Below are positions 46,089 through 55,447 of a stretch of 64,000 nucleotides of DNA, in pieces. The stretch comes from an uncultured bacterium (lineage in GTDB: Bacteria > Hydrothermota > Tepidihabitantia > Tepidihabitantales > Tepidihabitantaceae): NCBI GenBank assembly GCA_964590395.1, contig CAZPVT010000034.1, positions 31,464-95,463 on the forward strand, in the 5' to 3' direction. A program made the position numbers and the translations under genes. The notes beneath the pieces were generated by a model. The model was not told where the DNA came from. It searched no databases and saw only the letters and a program-made list of their open reading frames with translations. Within the stretch, counting starts at the first letter, position 1; each line of letters begins with the position of its first letter.

Positions 46089-48619
46089 TATTTTTCGATA
46101 AATGAGGAGTCAAAATCGATCTGCCAGTCCGGTGAGAAAAAACCCGCACTGCGCACACCGTGCCAGCCAAAACGGCGTACCAAGCGATCAAAGATCATAA
46201 AATCCGGGATTGCCGTTCCTGAGCCAAGAATTCCCCAGAAAAAGGCGAGTTTTGTCGCCTGCAGGTCAGTGCCCATACGCACCAGGACCAGTTTACTGGA
46301 GTTTAAAGGGTTGGGGTAGACAAAAATTGCAGCGAGACTTTCCCCAAGTGCGATCTTTTCCAGTTGCATTTTTCCCCGATTTACACGGATCGGTAGGCGG
46401 TCGCTTATTCTCGCGGTAAAAAGATTTTCCTGGGGGCCACCAAACAGAATGAGGTTACGGTCCAGCGGTATAAATTCCGTGTCCGCTATTACCTCGGTTG
46501 TGCCATTGCCGATCAGCCACCAGCGTAGTGCCTCCTGGCTTGCGCTGTGGTATAGGTAATCGGCAATGGCGGTATCTCTGGTGCCGTAAACAATGGCAAA
46601 AGGTGAGAAATAGGCCTGTTTTGCTGGTCCATAAAGTTTGGGTTGCTTGCTCAACCTGTCCCTTTTTTCCCTGCTGAGTTGCCAGCCCTTTTCTGTATTA
46701 TGCAAAACGATTACCGCTGGCAGTTCGATCCGCTCGGCGATCTTCTGGTGATCGATGATAAGACGGATCGGTCGATTAAAGAACAGACGTTGATCAAGGG
46801 TAAGTGTCAACCGGGTGCAGTTGGTGGTTTTGATCGTGATCGTTGAGTCATCTGCCTGTGCCTCAACGGTGGCGTCGACACCAACGGTTTTCACCCGGTC
46901 AATTTTTAACCAGTAAGCCCGGTTGGTTTGTCCCAGGTCCGCAGTGCGAAACCGGATATGCCTGGGTCCGGGATCACGCCGGCAGCTCTTCAAAAACGCC
47001 ATCAGGTCCGGGTCGTCAACGCAGACCGTGCCATCAGGATAAACCCACCAGTGTTTTTTACCGTGGACCTCCTTGTAATGATATTGATAACCGAGCACAT
47101 CCAGCCAGAGGGCGAACTGTCTGCCGTGAATCGGTGGCACATTATCATCATCACCACCGTGCAGGATAAAAACCGGCAGATTAAGGGCGTTTTCGAGATG
47201 GGCAGGGGTGTTATCTGGTCTTAACGCCATCTCCCTTATTGCCAGTTTCCGGGGTTCGGCGAAGATGATACTGCGCTGGAGAAAATTCGGTATATAAAGT
47301 GGGAAAGAGGGCCAGCCTGCTGCTGGAGCGATTCCCGCAAAGATATCAGGATGGGCAAGGCCAATATGCCAGGTGCCGTGTCCTCCCATTGAGTGGCCGG
47401 TCAACAGGATTTGATCCGGCTCAACAGGAAGTTGCCGGTGTGCTTCAGCCATTGCCTCCATTACATCAATTCTACCCCAGTCCTGCCAATCAAACCCGAA
47501 TGGCCTGCGGTTAGTCGGGCAGACAACAAATGCCCAATCTTTGGGTTTAAAACACTCTGCCAGCGAGTAAGCCTCCACTCCGGCTCCGTGCAGGGAGATG
47601 ATAAGGGAGTACTTTTTATCCGGCTGATAATTTTCCGGGTAAAGCAGGGCGTAATACTGACAGGAGGAGTCAATCCGGGAAATGAACGTCCTTTTGTGAG
47701 GCTGGTTTATCAGCCGGGAGCGTAACCGGAATGTATCGACAATCTCCTGGTTATCAACCGTGGTATTTATCACCAGACGGTAGCCGTTGGTATCGTAGGG
47801 GAGTGCGGGTAAAACTGTTCTGAGTGCCGGTTTTTTAACCGTCAGCGGAGGAAGACGATGGATCACGGTATCACAGACCGTGAATGTGTCAAGCGACAGT
47901 TTTATTTTAATCTGGTTAATAGGTTTATCGGTGGTGTTCATTAAGGGTATGCCTAACCAGGCATCGGTTACTGAATCGGCGATTAAGTCCGGAGCGGTAA
48001 TATCCTGGGTAAAGACAATTACCGGAGAGGCAACCGGGATGAAAAGCAGGCGGACCCGCTGATCTCCATAGCCGGAGATGCGCAAAATGACCCGGTTGAT
48101 TCCGGAGTCAAGTACCACTGGACTCTTAAACCAGTTGTTACCGTAAACATCGCCGAGATAACTTCTGCCGTTGAGAATGAAACTACCCAGTTTGGTAGCA
48201 ACTGCTAACGCCCGGGACTTTTGATGACAGTAAAACTCTGCATAGGCATAACCCACACTGGCAAGTCCACTTACGCCATAATAATCCTGAATTGAATCCC
48301 AGCGCACATCAGGGTAATCGGTATTTAGCCAGCCCAGCGAGTCGGTGGTAACACTGCGCCATTGCAGAAATCCACCCTGCACCAATCCGCTTAAGAGCGA
48401 GTCATGCTCCTGCGGTGTGATGGTGGTTAAATCCTCAAACGCTTCGGTTATTCCTTCTCTGGTGCCGATGGAAAACGGGCCACAGATCAGCCAGTTGGTG
48501 ATAAAGATGGTGTCGGTAATTGATGGCAGGGCTCCGTTTGTCGCATTTAGGAAATGCACGGGGAGGATAGCCGAAAGCAGGGTAAAGGAGATTAGAAAAC
48601 ACCTGTTCACCGTTGCCAC
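46088..48619 (-). CDS. large secreted protein with an alpha/beta-hydrolase (S9 peptidase/esterase-like) domain
   Basis: 843 aa with a signal-like N-terminus and the nucleophile elbow GHSMGGHG, preceded by ISLHGAGVE. GTG start. Confidence 0.6.
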   Translation of the reverse strand: MATVNRCFLISFTLLSAILPVHFLNATNGALPSITDTIFITNWLICGPFSIGTREGITEAFEDLTTITPQEHDSLLSGLVQGGFLQWRSVTTDSLGWLNTDYPDVRWDSIQDYYGVSGLASVGYAYAEFYCHQKSRALAVATKLGSFILNGRSYLGDVYGNNWFKSPVVLDSGINRVILRISGYGDQRVRLLFIPVASPVIVFTQDITAPDLIADSVTDAWLGIPLMNTTDKPINQIKIKLSLDTFTVCDTVIHRLPPLTVKKPALRTVLPALPYDTNGYRLVINTTVDNQEIVDTFRLRSRLINQPHKRTFISRIDSSCQYYALLYPENYQPDKKYSLIISLHGAGVEAYSLAECFKPKDWAFVVCPTNRRPFGFDWQDWGRIDVMEAMAEAHRQLPVEPDQILLTGHSMGGHGTWHIGLAHPDIFAGIAPAAGWPSFPLYIPNFLQRSIIFAEPRKLAIREMALRPDNTPAHLENALNLPVFILHGGDDDNVPPIHGRQFALWLDVLGYQYHYKEVHGKKHWWVYPDGTVCVDDPDLMAFLKSCRRDPGPRHIRFRTADLGQTNRAYWLKIDRVKTVGVDATVEAQADDSTITIKTTNCTRLTLTLDQRLFFNRPIRLIIDHQKIAERIELPAVIVLHNTEKGWQLSREKRDRLSKQPKLYGPAKQAYFSPFAIVYGTRDTAIADYLYHSASQEALRWWLIGNGTTEVIADTEFIPLDRNLILFGGPQENLFTARISDRLPIRVNRGKMQLEKIALGESLAAIFVYPNPLNSSKLVLVRMGTDLQATKLAFFWGILGSGTAIPDFMIFDRLVRRFGWHGVRSAGFFSPDWQIDFDSSFIEK

Positions 48620-48625
48620 CGGAAA

Positions 48626-48653
48626 ATGATATTCTTATTGAGAAAGTGGTCAA
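48626..48653 (-). promoter_or_regulatory. promoter abutting the 48619 GTG (TTGACC-16-TATCAT-6 nt-GTG)
   Basis: The minus strand reads TTGACC actttctcaataagaa TATCAT tttccg GTG, with no SD. Confidence 0.45.
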
Positions 48654-48749
48654 GATATTACCACATCATTAAGACACAGTTACCGTGATGCTTAACGTTA
48701 TCCTGATGGCAAGTCCAGTTGAGACGGTTATCACATATATATGTAAATG

Positions 48750-48777
48750 TTGACAATAAAAAATTTTTTTGTATGAT
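48750..48777 (+). promoter_or_regulatory. promoter of the FHA/PP2C/kinase operon (TTGACA-16-TATGAT)
   Basis: ttgacaataaaaaatttttttgtatgat lies about 120 nt upstream of the ATG at 48898, which is preceded by GGAGG at 48889-48893. Confidence 0.55.
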
Positions 48778-48897
48778 TCCTCCACGGGGCCGATATGCCA
48801 TATATCGAAAAAGAGTTCGATTTGGGTGGTTTTAAATACCATCACCATATCACCAAAGTAAGCCGATGTATTTTGCAAAAATAAAACAGGAGGAAAA

Positions 48898-50535
48898 ATG
48901 CCTAAAATAGTTGTGCGATTAGATCAAAAAACGGTCCAAGAATTAGAGTTGAGTGGTGGCAAGATAACTATTGGCAGAAGTGAGGATAACACGGTTAAAC
49001 TTGAAGATGATGCTGTTTCTCGGCATCATGCGGAAATAATAAAAGAAGGAGAGAGGTATCTTCTCTCTGATTTAGGTAGTGCTAATGGAACTTATGTGGG
49101 AAAGATGCTGATCGCCCGTAATTACGAGTTAAAACAGGGGGATGTAATTAAAATAGGACCTTATACAATCTCTTTTCGTGAGTCTACCGAAGAGAAGCCA
49201 ACTCAAGTTGTCAAAATGGCGACTGCCGAAAAGCCAACGGAGATTTTTACTTTTTCCAGTGCGCCGAGACTAATCGTCCGTAGTGGTGCCGAAGTCGGTC
49301 AAATTCATGATTTAGCAAAGAATCCCTTGATCGGCCGCTCCCCGGAGTGTGATATCGTTTTAAGTGAACCGAGTGTATCAAGAAGGCATGCCCGGATTCA
49401 ATTTATTGATAATCGGCTGAGTATAATGGATGTGGGAAGCAAAACTGGCACACGGGTAAATGGTAAGTTGATAGACCGTCCCACCCAATTGAAAGACGGG
49501 GATAGGATTCAGATAGGGGAAGTGCTCTTGGAAATTGAATGGAAGGGTGGTGGTCCAAGTAGAATTGAGGCGGAACAACCGACTACTGTTTCGTTTAAAA
49601 CCCCGGAAATGACCGAAACCACAAAAGCCGAATGGGGGAAATGGATTGTTGGCATTATTGTTGCGGTAGCAATAGTTGTTGCGGTTATTTATTTTTCTAG
49701 TGCCAGGTGGTTCCGTCGGTCACGAGGATATGAACTGTTGATTTCTGATGCTGAAGTTCTTTTTAACGAGGGCAGGGAAAATAGTCAGATGGAGAAATTA
49801 CAGCTGGCTTTAATGAAAATTGATAGCGCTTTAAGAGTGCAACCTTCGGAGAAAGCAAAGTGGTTAAAGCAGAACATCCAACATAAAATCAACGACCTTA
49901 CCGAGTCCCAAGAACTAACAAAGAATGCCGAAGATATGCTACGCAAGGGGGAACATATTGAGGTAATAAGATATACTAAAATGGCATTAGAAAAGGATAG
50001 AAATAATCCTGAGGCGCGCTCGTTGAAGATTCAAGCTCATCGGGTCTTGGCAACCAAGTATGAGTTGGCAGGGGATAGTGCTAAGGAAAGAGGTAAAGAC
50101 TATCGGGCTGATGATTTTTACGGCCAGGCGGTAAAGGAATGGAATGAGGTGCTGGCGTTGAATGCATCGGACCCGGAAGCCCTGAGAAAAAAAGCGGATA
50201 TACAACGTAAGATTTTGCGACCGGCTGTTTCTCAAGGCAAAGCAACTTCCCGCGTTCGACAGACGGGGCAATACGAAAAAGCTTTGGCAGCCTATCGGGA
50301 AGGACGATTGACAGAGGCTTCAGGGATTGTCAAGATTATTTTAGCCGGCAATCCCAATCACGAAAAAGCGAAACAGTTGATGGAATGGATTGATATTTGG
50401 AATGAAGCTAACTACTTCCTTAACCTAAGAAACGACTCAGCGAAGGCGAAACAAAAATTTGAGGAGTTGTTAAGAAAAGATCCTGATAACCGACAGGCGC
50501 AAGATTGGATTAGAACTCTTTCCGGTGAGCAGTAG
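48898..50535 (+). CDS. membrane protein: two FHA domains, one TM helix, TPR-like C-terminal region
   Basis: FHA 1 reads ITIGRSEDNTVKL..VSRHHAEI...LSDLGSANGTYV. FHA 2 reads LIGRSPECDIVL..VSRRHARI...DVGSKTGTRVNG. The TM helix is WIVGIIVAVAIVVAVIYF, followed by about 270 aa of helical-repeat sequence. Confidence 0.8.
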   Translation: MPKIVVRLDQKTVQELELSGGKITIGRSEDNTVKLEDDAVSRHHAEIIKEGERYLLSDLGSANGTYVGKMLIARNYELKQGDVIKIGPYTISFRESTEEKPTQVVKMATAEKPTEIFTFSSAPRLIVRSGAEVGQIHDLAKNPLIGRSPECDIVLSEPSVSRRHARIQFIDNRLSIMDVGSKTGTRVNGKLIDRPTQLKDGDRIQIGEVLLEIEWKGGGPSRIEAEQPTTVSFKTPEMTETTKAEWGKWIVGIIVAVAIVVAVIYFSSARWFRRSRGYELLISDAEVLFNEGRENSQMEKLQLALMKIDSALRVQPSEKAKWLKQNIQHKINDLTESQELTKNAEDMLRKGEHIEVIRYTKMALEKDRNNPEARSLKIQAHRVLATKYELAGDSAKERGKDYRADDFYGQAVKEWNEVLALNASDPEALRKKADIQRKILRPAVSQGKATSRVRQTGQYEKALAAYREGRLTEASGIVKIILAGNPNHEKAKQLMEWIDIWNEANYFLNLRNDSAKAKQKFEELLRKDPDNRQAQDWIRTLSGEQ

Positions 50536-50614
50536 AGTTTGCTCTGTTAACAGGTGATGGTGGAGAAGATGCGTTTTTAGGATAAAGCGATGTAATGAGA
50601 TTGGCATTTACTTG

Positions 50615-52219
50615 ATGGTCCTTTATTACGGGAGTAGAACAGATATTGGACGGGGCAGAAGCTCTAATCAGGATGCGGTTAGCTGTGATCCTCAAACAGG
50701 TTTGTTTGTAGTTGCAGATGGAATGGGTGGGCATTCTGGCGGCGAAACTGCCAGCAGGGTGGCGATCGAAACAATTCAAGGGGCGGTTAGTCAGGCAAAG
50801 CCTAATTATCAGGAGCGGATGTTTGCTTTAGTAGCTGGTATCCGGGAGGCGAATCACAAAATTCATATACTCGGGTCCAATGATGCAGAGAAAAGAGGGA
50901 TGGGAACTACCGTTACCGCTTTACTTGTTGACCAAGGTAGATATTTCATAACCCATGTTGGAGATTCAAGGGCATATATCATCCGCAACGGCAAATTAAT
51001 TCAGATAACCCGTGACCACTCTTTTGTCCAGCATCTTGTGGATAGTGGAATAATTAATTCTGAACAAGCCCGTGTTCACGAACGACGCAACGAGATTACC
51101 CGTGCGGTCGGGATCGCCGAGGATGTTAAGATTGATACCTTTGAAGGCGAAATTAAGGAAAACGAAGCGATTCTTTTATGTTCAGACGGTCTCTGGGGTG
51201 AGTTAAGTGAAGAAGAAATACTAGAGGCAATTAGCAGGAGTAACACCCCTCAGGAGGCATGCGACCGGTTGATAGATTGGGCAAATGATAAAGGCGGGCA
51301 TGACAATATATCAGTGATCATTGTCCAGTTATCGCCCTCAATAGGTAAATTTTATCCTCTCGAGAGGAAATTCAAGAGGCGTTTTTCTCCGTCGCTCATA
51401 AAAAGAACTGTGGGCGGTGCCGCAGGATTATTGTTGTTACTTTTGCTTGCACTGATTTTAGGACGAAAGTCGGGATTTTTTACCACTGATAATAAGGTAT
51501 TGTGGATTGGTTTGCAAATAAATCCCGAAACTTTAAATGTGGCTATGAAAAAAGCAGGGATTGATACTTTAATAGAGAATAATGACTCCCTCTGCGTGGG
51601 TTTAGGAGAAACTTTGCGGTTCTATCGGAAAGGCTATTACGATTCGATAGTGGGGGTTGTTGCTCGGGATACCCGATACCGGATTGTATTGAGGCCGATT
51701 TTGGTTCCGGTAAACCTGCTTGATCTTCCACCCGAGACAGATATTGAGATTTATGATACCAATGATTTTCTAATTAAAAGGCTTTCTACCGGGGACGAGC
51801 TTTTTTTGCCTTTCGGGATGTATAAAATTCTCATTAAACACCCTGATTATAAAGTATTAGAAAGGGAATTTTTGATAGCAGATACCGAAGCAATTAATTT
51901 GCCCATTACATTAGAATTTCTTCCCGCATCCACCCATAGAGTGATACTTCCTAAAGTTCGGGATTATTGGATCACAATTACTGCTTTTGCAGGAGATATA
52001 TTAGACCCACAAATCGCCAGTTCTGAGGTCTATTTAGACGGCTCTTTTACTGGGCAGCGAGTTCCTACGGTGAAGAAAGATCTAATAAGGTTGAAAGTCA
52101 GTCCAGGTAAGCACACCATTACACTGGTTAAAGGTGGTAAAACAGTTACTCAAAAGGAGGTAACTTTAACCGAAAAGAATAGTATTATTAACCTGGGCCC
52201 TAATGAGTTTAAGAGGTAA
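50615..52219 (+). CDS. PP2C-family Ser/Thr phosphatase with a TM helix and a PEGA-like C-terminal region
   Basis: PP2C motifs RSSNQDA, VADGMGGHSGGE, MGTTV, HVGDSRAY, SDGLWG and GGHDNISV. TM helix GGAAGLLLLLLLALILG. The C-terminus includes VYLDGSFTGQ...GKHTITLVKGG. Confidence 0.8.
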   Translation: MVLYYGSRTDIGRGRSSNQDAVSCDPQTGLFVVADGMGGHSGGETASRVAIETIQGAVSQAKPNYQERMFALVAGIREANHKIHILGSNDAEKRGMGTTVTALLVDQGRYFITHVGDSRAYIIRNGKLIQITRDHSFVQHLVDSGIINSEQARVHERRNEITRAVGIAEDVKIDTFEGEIKENEAILLCSDGLWGELSEEEILEAISRSNTPQEACDRLIDWANDKGGHDNISVIIVQLSPSIGKFYPLERKFKRRFSPSLIKRTVGGAAGLLLLLLLALILGRKSGFFTTDNKVLWIGLQINPETLNVAMKKAGIDTLIENNDSLCVGLGETLRFYRKGYYDSIVGVVARDTRYRIVLRPILVPVNLLDLPPETDIEIYDTNDFLIKRLSTGDELFLPFGMYKILIKHPDYKVLEREFLIADTEAINLPITLEFLPASTHRVILPKVRDYWITITAFAGDILDPQIASSEVYLDGSFTGQRVPTVKKDLIRLKVSPGKHTITLVKGGKTVTQKEVTLTEKNSIINLGPNEFKR

Positions 52220-52223
52220 AGTT

Positions 52224-53633
52224 ATGACCGCTGCTGAGGAGTCGATGGGGAGATACCGAATTATGGAAGAAATCCACACAGGAACGGTAAGTTGCCTTTA
52301 TAAGGCTTATGATCCAAGTCGGAATGAAATGGTAGCCTTAAAGACCTTAAAACCAGAACTTTCCGATGACCCAGAGGTAGTTGAACGTTTTAAAAGAGAA
52401 GCAAGAGTTGCCCAAAATTTGGAACACCCTAATATAATAAAAATATACGATATCGGTTCAGGAGAACATCGCCATTATTTTTCAATGGAGCTCATCGATG
52501 GTCCAAGTTTAAGGAGAATTCTTGAATCAGGGCAGATTTTGTCGATAGAAAAAGCTCTGGAGATTGCCAAAGAAATCTGCTTAGCACTTCATTTTGCTCA
52601 TCAAAAACAGATCATTCATCGTGATATAAAGCCATCTAATATTATGATTAACAAAAATGGAGGTACTGTTGTTCTTGATTTCGGGATTGCAAAAATTAAA
52701 AATTTAGCACGGTTGACGCGTCCTGGTTTTCTTCTGGGAACACCAGAATATATGTCACCCGAGCAAATAAAGGATAGGTTAGTTGATGGTAGAAGCGATA
52801 TATATTCCTTAGGGATAGTTCTGTACGAACTACTTACTGGCAGAGTACCATTTAGGGGCAAGGATTTCTTAGAGATCGCGGAAAGGATAGTGAAAGAAAC
52901 GCCTCCGGAACCGAGCAAGATCAACAAGAATATTACCAAAGAAATCGACAAGTTGATCCTTAAAGCAATAAATAAAGAAAGATGGTCAAGGTTTTCTTCC
53001 GCGCTGGAAATGGCTAATGCGCTACAGAGTATATTAGGTTTGCCGCCCCTGCCTATCAAGGGACGGTCTTACCGTTTTACTCCCCCAATGTTTGATACTA
53101 AAAGAAGGGATAAGTTAGTGGATGTGAGAACCGGGAAAGTAAGCCTTTCAGCAGGGGCGATTTTAAGGAGAACTATGGGTTTCTGGTTTCCTTCTATTAT
53201 TGCTTTGGCGCTATTGTTACTTATAGTTCTTGTTTATGAGTTTCCTAATCTGATGCCATTATTTTTAATCCTTGTTACTGTAACGGCGGTTTTGTGGTTT
53301 TTAAGTTACTTTAAGCCGAAAATGGCGAGTAAAAGATATCGGCTTGCCCGTCTTTTGCTTTTCGATGGCAAAGAGGTAACAAATGAGTTTATATTAAACA
53401 AACCTCGGGTGGTGATTGGTAGAGACCAGCCTGACGGGATTGAACTTTTTAAGGAGACAATTTCTCGTGCTCATGCGCAAATTATTAACAAAAATGGTCA
53501 ATATATTATTTATGATTTGAATAGCAAAAACGGCACATTTGTTAATTGCAAAAGAATTCGTTGTTGCATTTTAAAAAATAGTGACCGGATAAATATTGGT
53601 GGTGAAATCTTATTTTTTCAAGGAGAGGAGTGA
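52224..53633 (+). CDS. Hanks-type Ser/Thr kinase, two TM helices, C-terminal FHA domain
   Basis: Kinase motifs VALKTL, HRDIKPSN, DFGIAK and GTPEYMSPE. Two hydrophobic helices (FWFPSIIALALLLLIVLVY and LMPLFLILVTVTAVLWFLSY). FHA reads VVIGRDQPDGIEL..ISRAHAQI...YDLNSKNGTFVN. AAGAGG SD before the ATG at 52224. Confidence 0.8.
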   Translation: MTAAEESMGRYRIMEEIHTGTVSCLYKAYDPSRNEMVALKTLKPELSDDPEVVERFKREARVAQNLEHPNIIKIYDIGSGEHRHYFSMELIDGPSLRRILESGQILSIEKALEIAKEICLALHFAHQKQIIHRDIKPSNIMINKNGGTVVLDFGIAKIKNLARLTRPGFLLGTPEYMSPEQIKDRLVDGRSDIYSLGIVLYELLTGRVPFRGKDFLEIAERIVKETPPEPSKINKNITKEIDKLILKAINKERWSRFSSALEMANALQSILGLPPLPIKGRSYRFTPPMFDTKRRDKLVDVRTGKVSLSAGAILRRTMGFWFPSIIALALLLLIVLVYEFPNLMPLFLILVTVTAVLWFLSYFKPKMASKRYRLARLLLFDGKEVTNEFILNKPRVVIGRDQPDGIELFKETISRAHAQIINKNGQYIIYDLNSKNGTFVNCKRIRCCILKNSDRINIGGEILFFQGEE

Positions 53634-53636
53634 GTT

Positions 53637-53726
53637 ATGTCGATTACTTATCAAAAAGGCGTTGGCTATAAAGGATTTGGATGGACTGTCTCTTATCTGG
53701 TATTAACCAAAAGAGAGCGGAGGTGA
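53637..53726 (+). CDS. candidate 29-aa micro-ORF bridging two operon genes
   Basis: ATG lies 3 nt after the kinase stop and 6 nt after GGAGAGGAG. It encodes MSITYQKGVGYKGFGWTVSYLVLTKRERR. Its TGA lies 2 nt before the next ATG (53729). Confidence 0.3.
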   Translation: MSITYQKGVGYKGFGWTVSYLVLTKRERR

Positions 53727-53728
53727 AT

Positions 53729-54772
53729 ATGTCAAGAAAGTTTATCATTTTCAGTAGAGATGGTAGTTGGACGCGATGCTTCCTTTGGACATCCATTGTG
53801 CTACTTACTGGAACGACGGTTCTTTTTGCCCAGAGCGGTCAGGGGAGAGTAAAGATCTCCAGCGGCATTGGAAAGTATTACAATTCTGAATTTGAAGAGG
53901 CTATTAAGGAGTTAAATGAGGCGTTAATGGACCTTTCCCTTGATTTTAAGGACTCGACCATTGCTTTTTTCTATATTGCTTTTTCCCATTTAAAGATTGG
54001 CGAAGAGACAAAAGGTCGTGGTTTCTTTCAGAAAATTCTTATGCGCAATCCTGACGAAGAACTACTCAAAGGGTTTGAGGAATTTCAGGAGGTGTTTGAG
54101 AAAGTTAGAAAAGAGGTTAAGAGCAGGCTCCTCTGTCAAGTTACCATAAACACTATTCCGTCGGAGGCGGCAGTTTATCTTGACGGCGTTTTCCAAGGGA
54201 AAACGCCAATAACTTTACCTGGGTTGACCAAAAATAAATTTTATTCTCTGAAAATTGAGAGAGCGAACTACGAATCACTCAGTATGAGACTAATATTTCA
54301 CCGTGATACGTCATTTATTTTCGTATTGACGGAAATCCGTCCTTCCCGTTCTCAGGACACGGTTCTTCCCAGAATTCAAGATAGGTACATCTACTCCCGT
54401 CCGAGGACCTTTGCATATTTGTTAGGCGCTGGGATTGGCGCGGTGTTGGGGCTAACTGCCGGTGGTATTTCCTGGCACTGGGATAATCAGGCGCAGAAGA
54501 AACTGCACGAATATGCACTTGAACAGGATACGGCAAAGGAACGGCAGTTGGTTGCTCAGATTCACCAGTATGATTTGCTCCGCACAGTATTTTATTATTC
54601 GTCTTACCCGCTCACTGCGCTTGGTTTTTATATTGGACTGAAGATTGCGGAACGTGTTCCGGGGTGGTATGCCCAGAATTATAAAGAAAAGGACAGATTG
54701 ATGGTTTATGGTTCAATAGATCAGGATTTAAACCCAGGAATAAATATAAGGATAAGGAGAGACCTATGGTAA
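53729..54772 (+). CDS. membrane protein with signal peptide, TPR-like segment, PEGA domain and C-terminal TM helices
   Basis: GGAGG precedes the ATG at 53729. The PEGA domain reads VTINTIPSEAAVYLDGVFQGKTPITLPGL...YSLKIERANYES. Hydrophobic helices lie near residues 225-250 and 290-315. Confidence 0.7.
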   Translation: MSRKFIIFSRDGSWTRCFLWTSIVLLTGTTVLFAQSGQGRVKISSGIGKYYNSEFEEAIKELNEALMDLSLDFKDSTIAFFYIAFSHLKIGEETKGRGFFQKILMRNPDEELLKGFEEFQEVFEKVRKEVKSRLLCQVTINTIPSEAAVYLDGVFQGKTPITLPGLTKNKFYSLKIERANYESLSMRLIFHRDTSFIFVLTEIRPSRSQDTVLPRIQDRYIYSRPRTFAYLLGAGIGAVLGLTAGGISWHWDNQAQKKLHEYALEQDTAKERQLVAQIHQYDLLRTVFYYSSYPLTALGFYIGLKIAERVPGWYAQNYKEKDRLMVYGSIDQDLNPGINIRIRRDLW

Positions 54773-55422
54773 AAAATTTTTTAACTACCACTCTCTTGGT
54801 CGCAATAGTTGGCGGTATTTTAATAACCGGGGGATGTTTGCGAAAACTGGCATTCCCGCCTAAATTCAACTCAAAACTGCCAGATACAATTCAAGTTTAT
54901 CAGAACGGCTACCGCACCTTCTTTTTGGATTCGCTTGTGAATGACCAGGACGATAGCATTGCTCACCTTAAATGGACAGTAGTACCAGGACCATTGCTCA
55001 CAGTGATTGTTAAGGAAAATGAACATTTAGTAGATATCAAACCAGAGCGGAATCGGACCGGTGTTTCCTGGGTCAGTTTTACCGTAGTTGACCCCGGTGG
55101 TCTGAGTGCAAATAAGACCTGTACCGTGAATATTGATACAGTAGTATTTAGATGGTTAATTAGCGACACATCCGCCAACAAAGGTGCGACGGTTGTCCTT
55201 TACAAAAATCGGCTTGTAAATTATACCACGCCGCCTAATGGATTTAGTTATCTTAAATGGCTAGTATATAACGATACAAATTACTTGTCGTGTTCAATGA
55301 CAATAGATGCTGTTATATTAACAGCCAAACAGCGAGATGGGACCACGGGTGTATATTTCTACCTTAATGATACGGTTAATCATATTGAGTTCAACCAGAG
55401 TATACTTGTGAGGATTCGTTAG
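54766..55422 (+). CDS. lipoprotein with an Ig-like (bacterial Ig/cadherin-like) domain
   Basis: Lipobox ILITGGC and an Ig-like block LKWTVVPGP...VSWVSFTVVDPGGLSANKTCTVNI. ATGGTAA overlap with the upstream gene. Confidence 0.65.
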   Translation: MVKNFLTTTLLVAIVGGILITGGCLRKLAFPPKFNSKLPDTIQVYQNGYRTFFLDSLVNDQDDSIAHLKWTVVPGPLLTVIVKENEHLVDIKPERNRTGVSWVSFTVVDPGGLSANKTCTVNIDTVVFRWLISDTSANKGATVVLYKNRLVNYTTPPNGFSYLKWLVYNDTNYLSCSMTIDAVILTAKQRDGTTGVYFYLNDTVNHIEFNQSILVRIR

Positions 55423-55447
55423 TAGCATAGGATTCGGATAATTTTAC

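Noticed and set aside
48669-48878. ORF 48669-48878 (minus strand, 69 aa) in the divergent intergenic region.
   Set aside because: It overlaps the operon promoter and 5' UTR, has no SD, and is AT-rich with low coding character.
48898-53633. The FHA + PP2C + kinase trio as a type VI secretion (Fha/PppA/PpkA) regulator.
   Set aside because: No T6SS structural genes (tssB/C, hcp, vgrG, tssM etc.) occur in the operon or anywhere else in the window.
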